Under the pieces are notes generated by a model that searched no databases, had not been told where the DNA came from, and saw nothing but the letters and a program-made list of their open reading frames with translations. Both the position numbers and the translations under genes were made by a program. A stretch of DNA of 64,000 nucleotides. It comes from Ignavibacteria bacterium (GTDB taxonomy: Bacteria > Bacteroidota > Ignavibacteria > UBA10030 > SZUA-254). Position 1 is the stretch's first letter. The number at the start of each line of letters is the position of its first letter. The stretch covers positions 17,002 through 81,001 of the forward strand of contig JACOSY010000029.1 in NCBI GenBank assembly GCA_016178595.1, in the 5' to 3' direction. Positions 49,704 to 58,939 of the stretch are shown in pieces.

Positions 49704-50798
49704 TTACTCCCACCAGGCGATAACCTTCAGTTGCGTGCCATTCACTAACATACCTAAGGCATTGAGAATTGCTTTTCGTGAGTAGTAGATGTTGGCAGTC
49801 CCGTTACCCAGGACATTCGATGCCGAGGTTGTTGAAAGCGACATGATTGCGCCCCAGAAATCTCCGTGGAGATGTGTAACATCGTCGCCGATGACGATGC
49901 CCGAAAAGGCGGCGCCATTGGAGTTATCGAAGTTGGCATTATGCGCACTGTTGTGGATGACGAGGATGCCGGTGCCGCTGACATTAGTGGCGTTCCACTT
50001 TGGGGATCCATTCGGCATTTCTACGTACGTTACGCCGCTTAAGGGATAGCTCAGAGTGGCCGGATCCGTGGTATATTGGCTTCCAGCAACACCGCTCTTC
50101 GCGATCGCTTTTAGCATCCCTTCTGGAAAACCGGACTTTGCGCCACCGAAAGCACTATCCGGCGAAGTAGGGAAAGGAATGGAATCTGTCTGATTCAACT
50201 GGATAACGCCGGGGAGCGCAGGGTTCGCCGGCGGAAGATCAATGTTAAGTACAGTCCCACCAATTGTTGAACCGCCGCTCTGGTTGAAGGTCGAGGCTGT
50301 TGACCAGATGCCGTATGTTCCCTGACCCGCGTTCACCGCCGCAGAGAATGGATTGTGATCTCGACCATCAATGTTGATATTCCCATTGGCGCCATCTTTT
50401 CTATTTAGTGTAATTAATGCCCTCAACCATGTTGGGATAAATGATGGGGGAAAATAGGCGAACGCCGTCGAGGTAAAAGTCGATTCTTGTACGGTCGCAG
50501 TTGAGCGGATTCCTATCGTCGAATCAATCCCCATGAACGTCGTATCGAAGAGCACGACGGTGACCTTGCCGGTAAGCAACGGAAGCTTGGAAAACCCCGT
50601 TCTCCAGTAACGGTAGTTTCCCAACTGCCTCAAAGCGAGGTTGACTCCACTCTGCGCGATGTTATGGGCGATCTCTTTCTTGTAGTAGCCCGCCGAGTTC
50701 TCAACGATATACTTGCTCGCCGCCTCGATGCGGAAGAGAATCACGCTCGAGATAACGATGATTCCCGCGACAACGAGAATAATTGCACGACCGCTCAT
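49704..50798 (-). CDS. PilX/GspK-like protein with N-terminal TM helix and C-terminal beta-solenoid-like region
   Basis: MSG-RAIILVVAGIIVISSVIL; AHNIAQSGVNLAL resembles the PilX N-terminal 'A..aAeSG...A' pattern; Gly/Asn-rich C-terminus. Confidence 0.6.
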   Translation of the reverse strand: MSGRAIILVVAGIIVISSVILFRIEAASKYIVENSAGYYKKEIAHNIAQSGVNLALRQLGNYRYWRTGFSKLPLLTGKVTVVLFDTTFMGIDSTIGIRSTATVQESTFTSTAFAYFPPSFIPTWLRALITLNRKDGANGNINIDGRDHNPFSAAVNAGQGTYGIWSTASTFNQSGGSTIGGTVLNIDLPPANPALPGVIQLNQTDSIPFPTSPDSAFGGAKSGFPEGMLKAIAKSGVAGSQYTTDPATLSYPLSGVTYVEMPNGSPKWNATNVSGTGILVIHNSAHNANFDNSNGAAFSGIVIGDDVTHLHGDFWGAIMSLSTTSASNVLGNGTANIYYSRKAILNALGMLVNGTQLKVIAWWE

Positions 50799-50801
50799 AT
50801 T

Positions 50802-51401
50802 TCACCGTAAATTTTTTGGTTTGTAGAGTTGTTCCCAGTAAACACCTGGATTGAACTTCAAGTACTTCATGGTTGTTTCCTTATACGGTACGGTGCTCTC
50901 CTCGTTAATGCTGACTTTGAGAGACTGGATCAAACTGGTGTTGCCCACCGGAAGGGCAAGCGGCTGCCCGGCTTTATCATAGTATGCGAATTGAAGCTTG
51001 GTAATTCCCGTGTTGATCATCATTCGAGAAGAAGTTCCAGCCTGAGGGATGAACGTTCGATACAGAATTCGCGTCTTCGTGTTCGAATGGCCCGAGCGGG
51101 TTGTAGGATCGAAGTAGTAAATAATCGTATCTATCTTACCCTTGTTACCAAAGTCGCCGATAAATCGTACTTTGTTTGAATCTGCCAGGGCAACCGCATA
51201 GTCTGCCGAAGTGATGCGATAACCAAGTTTTCTCAAATCGAAGTCGAGGATGCTCACAACCGTTGTGAGGTTCGTTTGGGCAATGACTTTAATCGTTTGC
51301 GATCCGGCGCTCTCGGCGATATTGCCATTGAATCCCACCAGCATCACTAGGACAATTCCTCCGATGACAATCGAACAAACGACATCGTACATTGCATTCA
51401 T
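50802..51401 (-). CDS. PilW/GspJ-like minor pilin-like protein
   Basis: MNAMYDVVCSIVIGGIVLVML; ILDFDLRKLGY resembles the PilW 'l..DlR.AGY' pattern; ends in a KNL-type motif (YKPKNLR). Confidence 0.6.
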   Translation of the reverse strand: MNAMYDVVCSIVIGGIVLVMLVGFNGNIAESAGSQTIKVIAQTNLTTVVSILDFDLRKLGYRITSADYAVALADSNKVRFIGDFGNKGKIDTIIYYFDPTTRSGHSNTKTRILYRTFIPQAGTSSRMMINTGITKLQFAYYDKAGQPLALPVGNTSLIQSLKVSINEESTVPYKETTMKYLKFNPGVYWEQLYKPKNLR

Positions 51402-51410
51402 CTGGGCTCC

Positions 51411-51956
51411 TTAGTATGTAAATGCGTAGGATAATTTGATCGTATCGGGGATGAAAGGACTCATCACGTTCACAGTCATTCTCTTGCAGTACGTACGTTG
51501 ATTCTTTGCCGAATCAGGATATGTAGCGCTTGCATATGTCATTGAGACGTTGATCCTATATCCTTCGGCACGTGGCGTGTTCACAAGTCGATTGTAGTTC
51601 CGATAATCGTCGATATCGTCAAATTCAAATGAGGATCTGAATCCGGGTGACGCGGAACTGAATGGACTTGCGGTCGTAAGCACATCGGGATTGGGGACGC
51701 TTTCACCTGCATCTTTTCCGAGAGACCCGGGAGCCGTCATTGAGTCCGCACTCGGCACAGCCGAAACCAGAACTTTTTCATCAAATGCCTTCGTCTTTGC
51801 TTCATTGATCACTGATTGCGCCAGCGATAGCGCTGTGATATAATATTCATTTTGTTCAGCAATCTGGGTATTCCCAGTCATCAGACGGTTCGACGAACTC
51901 AGGAACGTCCCGAAGATGACGATCGCACCAACCGCAAGAATAATATTTGCACCCAT
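51411..51956 (-). CDS. PilV/GspI-like minor pilin-like protein
   Basis: MGANIILAVGAIVIFG; ALSLAQSVINEAKTKAFDE resembles the PilV 'A..LAq..iE.i' pattern. Confidence 0.55.
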   Translation of the reverse strand: MGANIILAVGAIVIFGTFLSSSNRLMTGNTQIAEQNEYYITALSLAQSVINEAKTKAFDEKVLVSAVPSADSMTAPGSLGKDAGESVPNPDVLTTASPFSSASPGFRSSFEFDDIDDYRNYNRLVNTPRAEGYRINVSMTYASATYPDSAKNQRTYCKRMTVNVMSPFIPDTIKLSYAFTY

Positions 51957-52367
51957 AGTTTTCCCGATTAGCTGTGATTCAGAATTTTAAGTCGATCTTT
52001 ACTTCACTTCGTACGCACGATCCCAATGTATACATACTGTATAACCTCGGATGTAACCGTCCTCACGCAGTGTGCGGCAGATCACCAGTGTAGGCCTTTA
52101 GCGGGCACTAAGAAGCGATCCTGCTTGCTTCCTGACAGAAAGAGATAATATTGCCGTTATATTCAATGCAAAACCATTCAACAATGACCCCAGCTTCAAC
52201 CAACGGGCCTAATGTAGCTGAAATGGTAGCGCGCAACAGAGGGGCCTGATATGTATCACATTCAGTGCTTACCATCACTTTATCTGAATAAGTGAGCGCG
52301 TAACTTATAGACGTGTCATTCAAGATAAGTTGTGCAATGTCTACGTTCATTACATAAAGAGGGTATT

Positions 52368-54356
52368 ATGTCTACACACAACATAGCGGAGAAGAAAGGC
52401 AATTTCCTTCAAGGAATTGCCAGTGCCGTTGCCTCCACTGTTCGACGGGAGGATGGAGACGCTGCTGCATTGGATCCAGATGTTGCTTCATCTGCCACGA
52501 ATGTAGAGGGAACTGTTACAGAGCAGAAACCGTCACCGAAGCAAAACGGTGTTGGGGAAGAAAATCCCCAAGCGGGTACGAAGCGCCCACAAGCATCCCG
52601 ACTGATCGAGATTTTTATTGAGCAAGGAATTGTTTCGGAAAAGACCATCGGCGAGGCGCTGGAAATCCAGCGGAAGGCGAAGGACAAAGAGAAAAAGCGT
52701 CTCATTGATATTCTTATCGATGACCTCGGCACAGACCGGGATACCGTTTTGAAAACCGTTGCCCGGCACTATTCGTTTGAGTCGGTTGATCCGACGGTCA
52801 TCTTCGGCAATAAAGAGCGGCTCCTGTTCATCCGGCAACTCCTCGATGGACTTGCACCGATGCACTATGATATGGCTGTTCGGTTGAAGCTTCTCCCGTA
52901 CGAGATGTACGTCAACGGCTACGATAAACTCATTCTGATTACTCCCGATACGACGCACCCCGAGGTCCATACGGTTGCGCGTGCATTCCGGCTTCCCAAA
53001 TACGAAATCAAGTTCGTTCCCACATCGCAGTGGCAAGAACTCTGGCGACAACTGGCATTCGACCAAGGCGCGAAACAGCTTGGGCTTGAAGGTGAAAGCG
53101 GATTTGGAGAGTCAGAGAAGGATGAGACGGAAAAAGAAATTGAACAATCGCTCGACGAAATCGGTCGAGGAAAGCTGAATGAACTTATCGAAGGCTTGTT
53201 CGTCGATGGATGCCGCACCGGTGCAAGTGATATTCACATCATTCCCAAAGGATCGCACCGAACGGAGTTTCACTTCCGCATTGATGGACGATTGTCCTTG
53301 TGGAGTGCCGTAACCGACGTGCGAGCTGAAGCGGTCATCACCGTCATAAAAGATCGCGCGAAAAACCTCGATCGATTTGAGAAATTTCTCTCGCAGGACG
53401 GTTTCGCTCAGCGGATGGTCGATAACAAGATGATTCGCTTCCGCTTCTCAACTATGCCCATCTATAGTAGTGACCTCAGAAGCAAACTGGAGTCGATCGT
53501 TATCCGTATTCTGCGCGGCGCAGAGAATGCCGCCGGCATCGATACGCTCGGGATGCCGGATGCAACAAAAGAACTGTTCGTGAAAGCGATACGCAAGCCG
53601 CAGGGGATAGTGATCTTCACGGGTCCTACGGGAAGCGGTAAGTCGACCTCGCAGATGGCTGCCATCCAGACCATTATGGATCCGGGTATCAATATCCTGA
53701 CCATCGAGGATCCGGTCGAATACCTTATCGATGGCTGCCGGCAGATCAAGCTGAATCACAAGCTCGATTTCGAGGGCGCCCTCCGTGGCATCCTTCGCCA
53801 CGACCCTGACGTCGTCATGGTCGGTGAGATGAGAGATAAAATCACGGCCGAAATTGCTGTGAAGCTTGCCAATACCGGTCACTTGATCTTCTCAACACTT
53901 CATACGAACGACTCGATCAGCGCCATCACGCGTCTCTATAACATGGGCATTGAGCCGTTCCTCCTCGCGTACACCATCAACATCGTCATAGCGCAGCGCC
54001 TCATCCGGAAACTCTGCGATCGCTGCAAGACGGCAGACGATAACGTTGATGTTGATTTCCTGATCGAGTGCGGCCTCACAGACCAGGAGATTAAAGACTC
54101 AACGTTCTGCAAGCCGGTTGGGTGTGTGCATTGCATCCGCGGCTATCGCGGCCGCGTCGGCATTTTCGAAGCGCTCTACATGACGAAGGATATGCGAAAA
54201 ATCATTCTGAAGTCGAAGGATGTTATCGATGAGGAATCGCTCCGCAATCTCGCGACGCAGAACGGCATGCAGACGGTCCGGCAATCGGCGATCAACCTGG
54301 TGAAGGCCGGCATCACGGCAATCGAGAACGTAGAGGGCATGATCATGGAAGAGTAA
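52368..54356 (+). CDS. GspE/PilB-family secretion/pilus assembly ATPase
   Basis: GASDIHI, FRIDG, Walker A GPTGSGKST, TIEDPVE, LRHDPDVVMVGEMRD, TGHLIFSTLHTN, AQRLIRKLCDRC...GCVHC...GYRGRVGIFE. Confidence 0.95.
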   Translation: MSTHNIAEKKGNFLQGIASAVASTVRREDGDAAALDPDVASSATNVEGTVTEQKPSPKQNGVGEENPQAGTKRPQASRLIEIFIEQGIVSEKTIGEALEIQRKAKDKEKKRLIDILIDDLGTDRDTVLKTVARHYSFESVDPTVIFGNKERLLFIRQLLDGLAPMHYDMAVRLKLLPYEMYVNGYDKLILITPDTTHPEVHTVARAFRLPKYEIKFVPTSQWQELWRQLAFDQGAKQLGLEGESGFGESEKDETEKEIEQSLDEIGRGKLNELIEGLFVDGCRTGASDIHIIPKGSHRTEFHFRIDGRLSLWSAVTDVRAEAVITVIKDRAKNLDRFEKFLSQDGFAQRMVDNKMIRFRFSTMPIYSSDLRSKLESIVIRILRGAENAAGIDTLGMPDATKELFVKAIRKPQGIVIFTGPTGSGKSTSQMAAIQTIMDPGINILTIEDPVEYLIDGCRQIKLNHKLDFEGALRGILRHDPDVVMVGEMRDKITAEIAVKLANTGHLIFSTLHTNDSISAITRLYNMGIEPFLLAYTINIVIAQRLIRKLCDRCKTADDNVDVDFLIECGLTDQEIKDSTFCKPVGCVHCIRGYRGRVGIFEALYMTKDMRKIILKSKDVIDEESLRNLATQNGMQTVRQSAINLVKAGITAIENVEGMIMEE

Positions 54357-54417
54357 GCGGTACGTTGGTTGGATTACTGGCGGCTCCGTAGACAGGCACC
54401 CTCCCAGTAACCACGAC

Positions 54418-54451
54418 AGAAGCCCGGGACTTATGGTCTCGGGCTTTTTTT
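54418..54451 (+). terminator. Intrinsic terminator between the ATPase and EamA genes
   Basis: AGCCCGGGAC-TTATG-GTCTCGGGCT followed by a T-run. Confidence 0.85.
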
Positions 54452-54504
54452 GTGCAAAGACGGATTATAGGGTCACGCACATTTTTCGTATATTCTCATC
54501 CATC

Positions 54505-55395
54505 ATGACCGATCCGAAATGTACCCATGAATACAGAGCAGAAACACTCCTCCTGATCGTCGTTGTTGTATGGGCGGCAAACTATCCGCTCGCGAAATTC
54601 GCGCTGGCATCGCTGCATCCATTCGTCTTCAATGCGATTCGATACATCGTCGCGGCTGCAGTGCTGCTCACCGGTGCGCGAATCGGGTCGTGGTGGTCGC
54701 CGGTCGAGAAATCCGACTGGCCTAAATTACTCGGCGCAGGATTCGTATCAAATATCCTTTACCAGCTCCTCTTCATCGTCGGACTGAGCATGACTACCGC
54801 CGGCAACTCCGCCATCATCCTTTCAACATCGCCGCTATGGACAATCTTCCTCGGCGCACGCATGCACAAGGAGAAAATGCCGCGCATCATGTGGATCGGT
54901 ATGCTGATCTCGCTTGTTGGAATCGTCATGATCATCGTCGGAAGCGGAAAGAAGATCGGTTTGGGAAGCCAGGAACTGACTGGCGACATCATTGTCCTGG
55001 CCGCTGCCGCACTCTGGGGACTCAATACCACTTTGCAGAAGCCGCTCCTTCACACATACTCAGCACAACAACTCGCACTGATTCTCATCTCTATTGGAGC
55101 AGTAGGTTTAACGCTTGCAGGCATTCCAGCCGTCGTCCAAACGCAGTGGGAATCGGTGAGTTGGTTGGCGATTGTCGCTGCTATTCTCTCCGGTGCATTC
55201 TCGATCGGGATTGGGAACGTCATCTGGTCCTACGGCGTCAAACATCTGGGGCCAGGCAGGACTGCGAACTTCAACAATCTCGTTCCCGTTCTTGCCTTCA
55301 TCCTTTCATATTTCACACTGCACGAGCAGCTTCTTCCCATTCAAATCATCGGCGCGGCAATTACCGTTGTCGGCGTCTGGATAGCAAGACGATAG
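54505..55395 (+). CDS. EamA/DMT family transporter
   Basis: About 10 TM helices; VWAANY, FNAIRY, YQLLFIVGL, GNSAII, LGPGRTANFNNLVPV. Confidence 0.92.
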   Translation: MTDPKCTHEYRAETLLLIVVVVWAANYPLAKFALASLHPFVFNAIRYIVAAAVLLTGARIGSWWSPVEKSDWPKLLGAGFVSNILYQLLFIVGLSMTTAGNSAIILSTSPLWTIFLGARMHKEKMPRIMWIGMLISLVGIVMIIVGSGKKIGLGSQELTGDIIVLAAAALWGLNTTLQKPLLHTYSAQQLALILISIGAVGLTLAGIPAVVQTQWESVSWLAIVAAILSGAFSIGIGNVIWSYGVKHLGPGRTANFNNLVPVLAFILSYFTLHEQLLPIQIIGAAITVVGVWIARR

Positions 55396-55537
55396 AGCGG
55401 GATGAATTTTTTATCAGGAGTAGTTTGGTCATGCCTCTTCACTACTCCTGAGTTCTCTGCATTCCCGCGAATTGCGTAGCAGCCGGATTTTCAGTACGTT
55501 ACAGAACACAAATCTATCATTTCTTAGGATTTTGCGC

Positions 55538-56158
55538 ATGAAACGAAACACAATCATCATTTTTGCCATCGTTGGAATTCTCGTTCTGCTTGCCATCGGT
55601 ATTGTCGGATGTGCGACCGGAATGTACAACACGCTCGTGCGTCTGGATGAAAGTACGAAGCAGGCGTGGGGACAAGTGCAGAACCAATACCAGCGCCGGT
55701 ACGATCTCATCCCGAATTTGGTGGAAACCGTGCGTGGCTATGCTGAGCACGAACGAGATGTTTTCGAAAAAGTTGCCGAAGCACGCGCAAATGTTGGAAA
55801 GCTCACGGTAACGCCGGAAATCCTGAACAACCCGCAAACATTCCAACGCTTTCAGGAGGCGCAAGCAAGCCTGACATCGGCGCTGTCGCGGTTACTTGCC
55901 GTGGCGGAAAACTATCCGCAGTTGAAGGCAAACGAAAATTTCCTCCAGCTCCAATCGCAGTTGGAAGGAACCGAGAACCGCATCGCCGTTGCGCGTAATC
56001 GCTTCAACGACATCGTGCAGGAATATAACACGAACGTCCGCACGTTCCCGACGGCGATGTTTGCCGGCATGTTCGGTTTTGGCCAGAAGGCATACTTCCA
56101 GGCAGAGCCGGGCGCAGAGAAGGTGCCGAAGGTTGATTTCAACAAACTGCCGAAATGA
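55538..56158 (+). CDS. lemA: LemA family protein
   Basis: YNTLV...WGQVQNQYQRRYDLIPNLVETV, ENYPQLKANENF, LEGTENRIAVAR, YNTNVRTFP. Confidence 0.95.
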   Translation: MKRNTIIIFAIVGILVLLAIGIVGCATGMYNTLVRLDESTKQAWGQVQNQYQRRYDLIPNLVETVRGYAEHERDVFEKVAEARANVGKLTVTPEILNNPQTFQRFQEAQASLTSALSRLLAVAENYPQLKANENFLQLQSQLEGTENRIAVARNRFNDIVQEYNTNVRTFPTAMFAGMFGFGQKAYFQAEPGAEKVPKVDFNKLPK

Positions 56159-56901
56159 AACTTCTCTTGCGATCGCTGTGTCTTGTGTTGGTGTTTGCCG
56201 GTTCCGCACTTGCGCGGCCCGATCAAGAAATTCCGCAGCTCAATCGCCGCATCACCGATAGAACAGGCACGCTCTCGGGTGGCGATCTGGAAAGACTGGA
56301 ATCAATCCTCGAGCATTTTGAAAAGGAAACGTCTAACCAGATTATAGTCCTGATGGTGCCGACGATCGGCGATCAATCGATCGAGGAATATTCCCTTCAC
56401 GTTGCCGAGAAGAACAAGCTGGGCAAGAAGGGGAAGGATAACGGTGTGCTTGTCGTGATTGCGAAGAACGATCATCTCGCACGCATCGAAGTCGGGTATG
56501 GACTTGAAGGCGTCCTCACCGATGCGCTTTCCAGCCAGATCATTCGTAACGTGATGTTTCCGCACTTTCGTCAGAATGATTTTGTTGGCGGTATCGCTGC
56601 CGGCGTCAACGCGATTATGGATGCGACGAAAGGTGAGTACACTGCTGAGCCCGATGGCCAGCACACGGCGCGAAAATTCTCGCCACTGATCGTTATTCTT
56701 CTCTTTGCTCTGTTTGGAATTTTTTCCAGTTTCGCCCGACGCGGACGCAGAACCTACATGGGTTCACGGGGCTACTACTCCGGCGGGCCGTGGTTCGGCG
56801 GGTTCGGTGGAGGCGGATTCGGTGGTGGTGGATTTGGTGGTGGTGGATTTGGCGGCGGCGGCGGAAGTTTCGGCGGCGGTGGAGCGAGCGGAAGTTGGTG
56901 A
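56155..56901 (+). CDS. TPM-domain (YgcG-like) protein with Gly-rich tail
   Basis: ITDRTGTLS, IEVGYGLEGVLTD, one TM helix, GGGGF repeats, GGGGASGSW end. Confidence 0.93.
   Translation: MKLLLRSLCLVLVFAGSALARPDQEIPQLNRRITDRTGTLSGGDLERLESILEHFEKETSNQIIVLMVPTIGDQSIEEYSLHVAEKNKLGKKGKDNGVLVVIAKNDHLARIEVGYGLEGVLTDALSSQIIRNVMFPHFRQNDFVGGIAAGVNAIMDATKGEYTAEPDGQHTARKFSPLIVILLFALFGIFSSFARRGRRTYMGSRGYYSGGPWFGGFGGGGFGGGGFGGGGFGGGGGSFGGGGASGSW
56791..56898 (+). repeat. Low-complexity (GGGGF)n coding repeat
   Basis: ggtggtggtggattt-like units encode FGGFGGGGFGGGGFGGGGFGGGGGSFGGGG. Confidence 0.85.
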
Positions 56902-56918
56902 TTGAAATTTCGAATTGA

Positions 56919-57374
56919 ATGAACTTCTTTTCCAAAAAATACTTGTCGAAGGAAGATTTGAAGGTGGTCTCGGCTGCGATTGCTGAGGTGGAGCAAAAAA
57001 CCTCCGGCGAGATCCGCGTGGTACTACGTCATGTGCGGCACAAGAAAGAGAAAGCGTTATCGCTGCACGAACTGGCGCTGCACGAATTCCATCATCTTGG
57101 CATGGAGAAGACACAGCATCGTACGGGCATACTCATCCTCATACTCTTTGCCGAACGAAAGTTTCACATCATCGCCGATGAAGGAATTCACGCGAAAGTC
57201 GATGATGGAACATGGGACAAACTTGCCGGGAAGATGTCGGCTCACTTCAAGAATGAAAAATACCGTGGCGGAATCATCGAGACGGTGCGAGAAGTTGGCT
57301 CACTGCTTGCCCGGCACTTCCCGCGACAAGCCGGCGACGCCGACGAACTTCCCAACGACGTCATCGAAGAATAA
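56919..57374 (+). CDS. TPM-domain protein (DUF477-like partner)
   Basis: AIAEVEQKTSGEIRV, TQHRTGILI, IIADEGIHAKV, DELPNDV. Confidence 0.92.
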   Translation: MNFFSKKYLSKEDLKVVSAAIAEVEQKTSGEIRVVLRHVRHKKEKALSLHELALHEFHHLGMEKTQHRTGILILILFAERKFHIIADEGIHAKVDDGTWDKLAGKMSAHFKNEKYRGGIIETVREVGSLLARHFPRQAGDADELPNDVIEE

Positions 57375-57407
57375 AAACCCTGTAGATTTGTTCAGAGCCA
57401 TTCCGGT

Positions 57408-58853
57408 ATGCTCGATCGCATCAAACAAGTCGAAACAGTCGCACGCCTGCTCGAACCCCACGCAGATGAACGTGAAGTGCTTCGCTCGAACGTCATCCGG
57501 TACACGGAACAATTTCTCAACTCCATCTACAATATCCCCGCATACATTGTCACGGACGATAAAGGAAAAGGAATCTACGATTCACCCATTTCCGAAGAGC
57601 CGATCGATATCCATACGGCATTACAACTCATCAAACACAATGTCGATAGGCCCGGCTTAAATCCGGCTTCGGGAGGACACCTTGCATACATTCCCGGCGG
57701 AGGAATTTACGCCTCGGCGCTCGGAGATTACCTTGCGGATGTTATGAATCGCTATGCAGGTGTGTTCTATGCAAGTCCGGGTGCCGTGCGGATGGAGAAC
57801 ATGCTGCTCGAATGGATAGCGGAAATCGTCGGCTATCCGAAAAATTCAGCCGGCAATCTTACCTCCGGTGGAAGCATCGCCAACCTCATCGGCATCGTTG
57901 CAGCGCGTGACGCGCTTGGAGTTAAAGCGAAAGAAATTCCGAGCTCCGTCATTTATCTGACGAATCAAGCGCACCATTCAGTCGATAAAGCAATTCGTAC
58001 CGCCGGACTTGGCGAGTGTATACTTCGCTACGTGCCGATGGATAATCGGTATCGTATGGATGCTGCAGCGCTGGAACGCATGATCGTGGAAGATAAAAAA
58101 GCCGGTTGCCGCCCGTTCCTCGTCATTGCCTCGGCGGGAACGACGGATACCGGTGCGGTCGATCCGTTGACTGCAATTGGTGACATTGCTCATGCGCATG
58201 AGATGTGGTTTCATTGCGATGCGGCCTACGGCGGATTTTTCGCGCTCTGTGATGAAGGGAAAAAGATTTTGAAAGGTATGGATACATCCGACTCCATCGT
58301 GATGGATCCGCACAAAGGACTTTTTCTTCCGTACGGAACAGGTGCCGTGCTCGTGAAGGACAAAAAAAATCTTTATGACTCCTTCCGGTATCAGGCGAAT
58401 TATCTCCTCGACGCGCGTCAGAGCAGCGACGAGCATTCGCCTGCGGATCTTTCACCGGAGCTTACCAAACATTTTCGAGGCTTGCGATTGTGGCTGCCGC
58501 TGAAGATTCACGGCATCAAACCATTCCGTGCCTGCGTCGAAGAAAAACTCTGGCTTGCGCGTTACTTCTATGAGAAGATTCAGAACGTGAACGGGTTCGA
58601 GATCGGGTGCTATCCCGATCTCTCTGTCGTGACGTACCGGTACATCCCGAAGCGCGGCGATGCAAACGAATTCAACCAGCGGCTCATTCAGGAAGTGCAG
58701 AACGACGGCCGCGTGTTCCTCTCCTCGACGCGCCTGAACGGCACCTTCGTCCTCCGTCTCGCCGTGCTTGCCTTCCGCACGCATCTGCAAACGATCGATC
58801 TTGCTCTTAAGATATTGAAAGAGAAGGCGAAACTGTTGGAAGAAGAAGCATAG
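57408..58853 (+). CDS. PLP-dependent group II amino-acid decarboxylase
   Basis: LTSGGSIANL, QAHHSVDKA, ASAGTTDTGAVDPL, FHCDAAYGG, MDPHKGL (PLP-Lys), SPELTKHFRGL. Confidence 0.93.
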   Translation: MLDRIKQVETVARLLEPHADEREVLRSNVIRYTEQFLNSIYNIPAYIVTDDKGKGIYDSPISEEPIDIHTALQLIKHNVDRPGLNPASGGHLAYIPGGGIYASALGDYLADVMNRYAGVFYASPGAVRMENMLLEWIAEIVGYPKNSAGNLTSGGSIANLIGIVAARDALGVKAKEIPSSVIYLTNQAHHSVDKAIRTAGLGECILRYVPMDNRYRMDAAALERMIVEDKKAGCRPFLVIASAGTTDTGAVDPLTAIGDIAHAHEMWFHCDAAYGGFFALCDEGKKILKGMDTSDSIVMDPHKGLFLPYGTGAVLVKDKKNLYDSFRYQANYLLDARQSSDEHSPADLSPELTKHFRGLRLWLPLKIHGIKPFRACVEEKLWLARYFYEKIQNVNGFEIGCYPDLSVVTYRYIPKRGDANEFNQRLIQEVQNDGRVFLSSTRLNGTFVLRLAVLAFRTHLQTIDLALKILKEKAKLLEEEA

Positions 58854-58939
58854 AGTACGCGAGCGCATTGTCTCTCAATCTACGATTTCTTACCTTTAGG
58901 ATATCAATTGCATCAACACGCACGGAAAGGGATTTTTCC

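Noticed and set aside
52166-52200. c-di-GMP-I riboswitch (GCAAAACCATTC) near the pilin-like genes
   Set aside because: There is no GNRA tetraloop/receptor and no GGGACGCAAAGC segment; the match is only a few nucleotides.
54416-54430. Bona fide guanidine-I (ykkC) riboswitch
   Set aside because: Only the 3' AGCCCGGGA segment matches and the 5' CUAGGGUUCC/GGUCCGAGAG core is missing. Kept only as a low-confidence regulatory candidate.
56791-56898. CRISPR array or VNTR
   Set aside because: This is degenerate coding sequence for GGGGF units with no spacers, and no cas genes are present.
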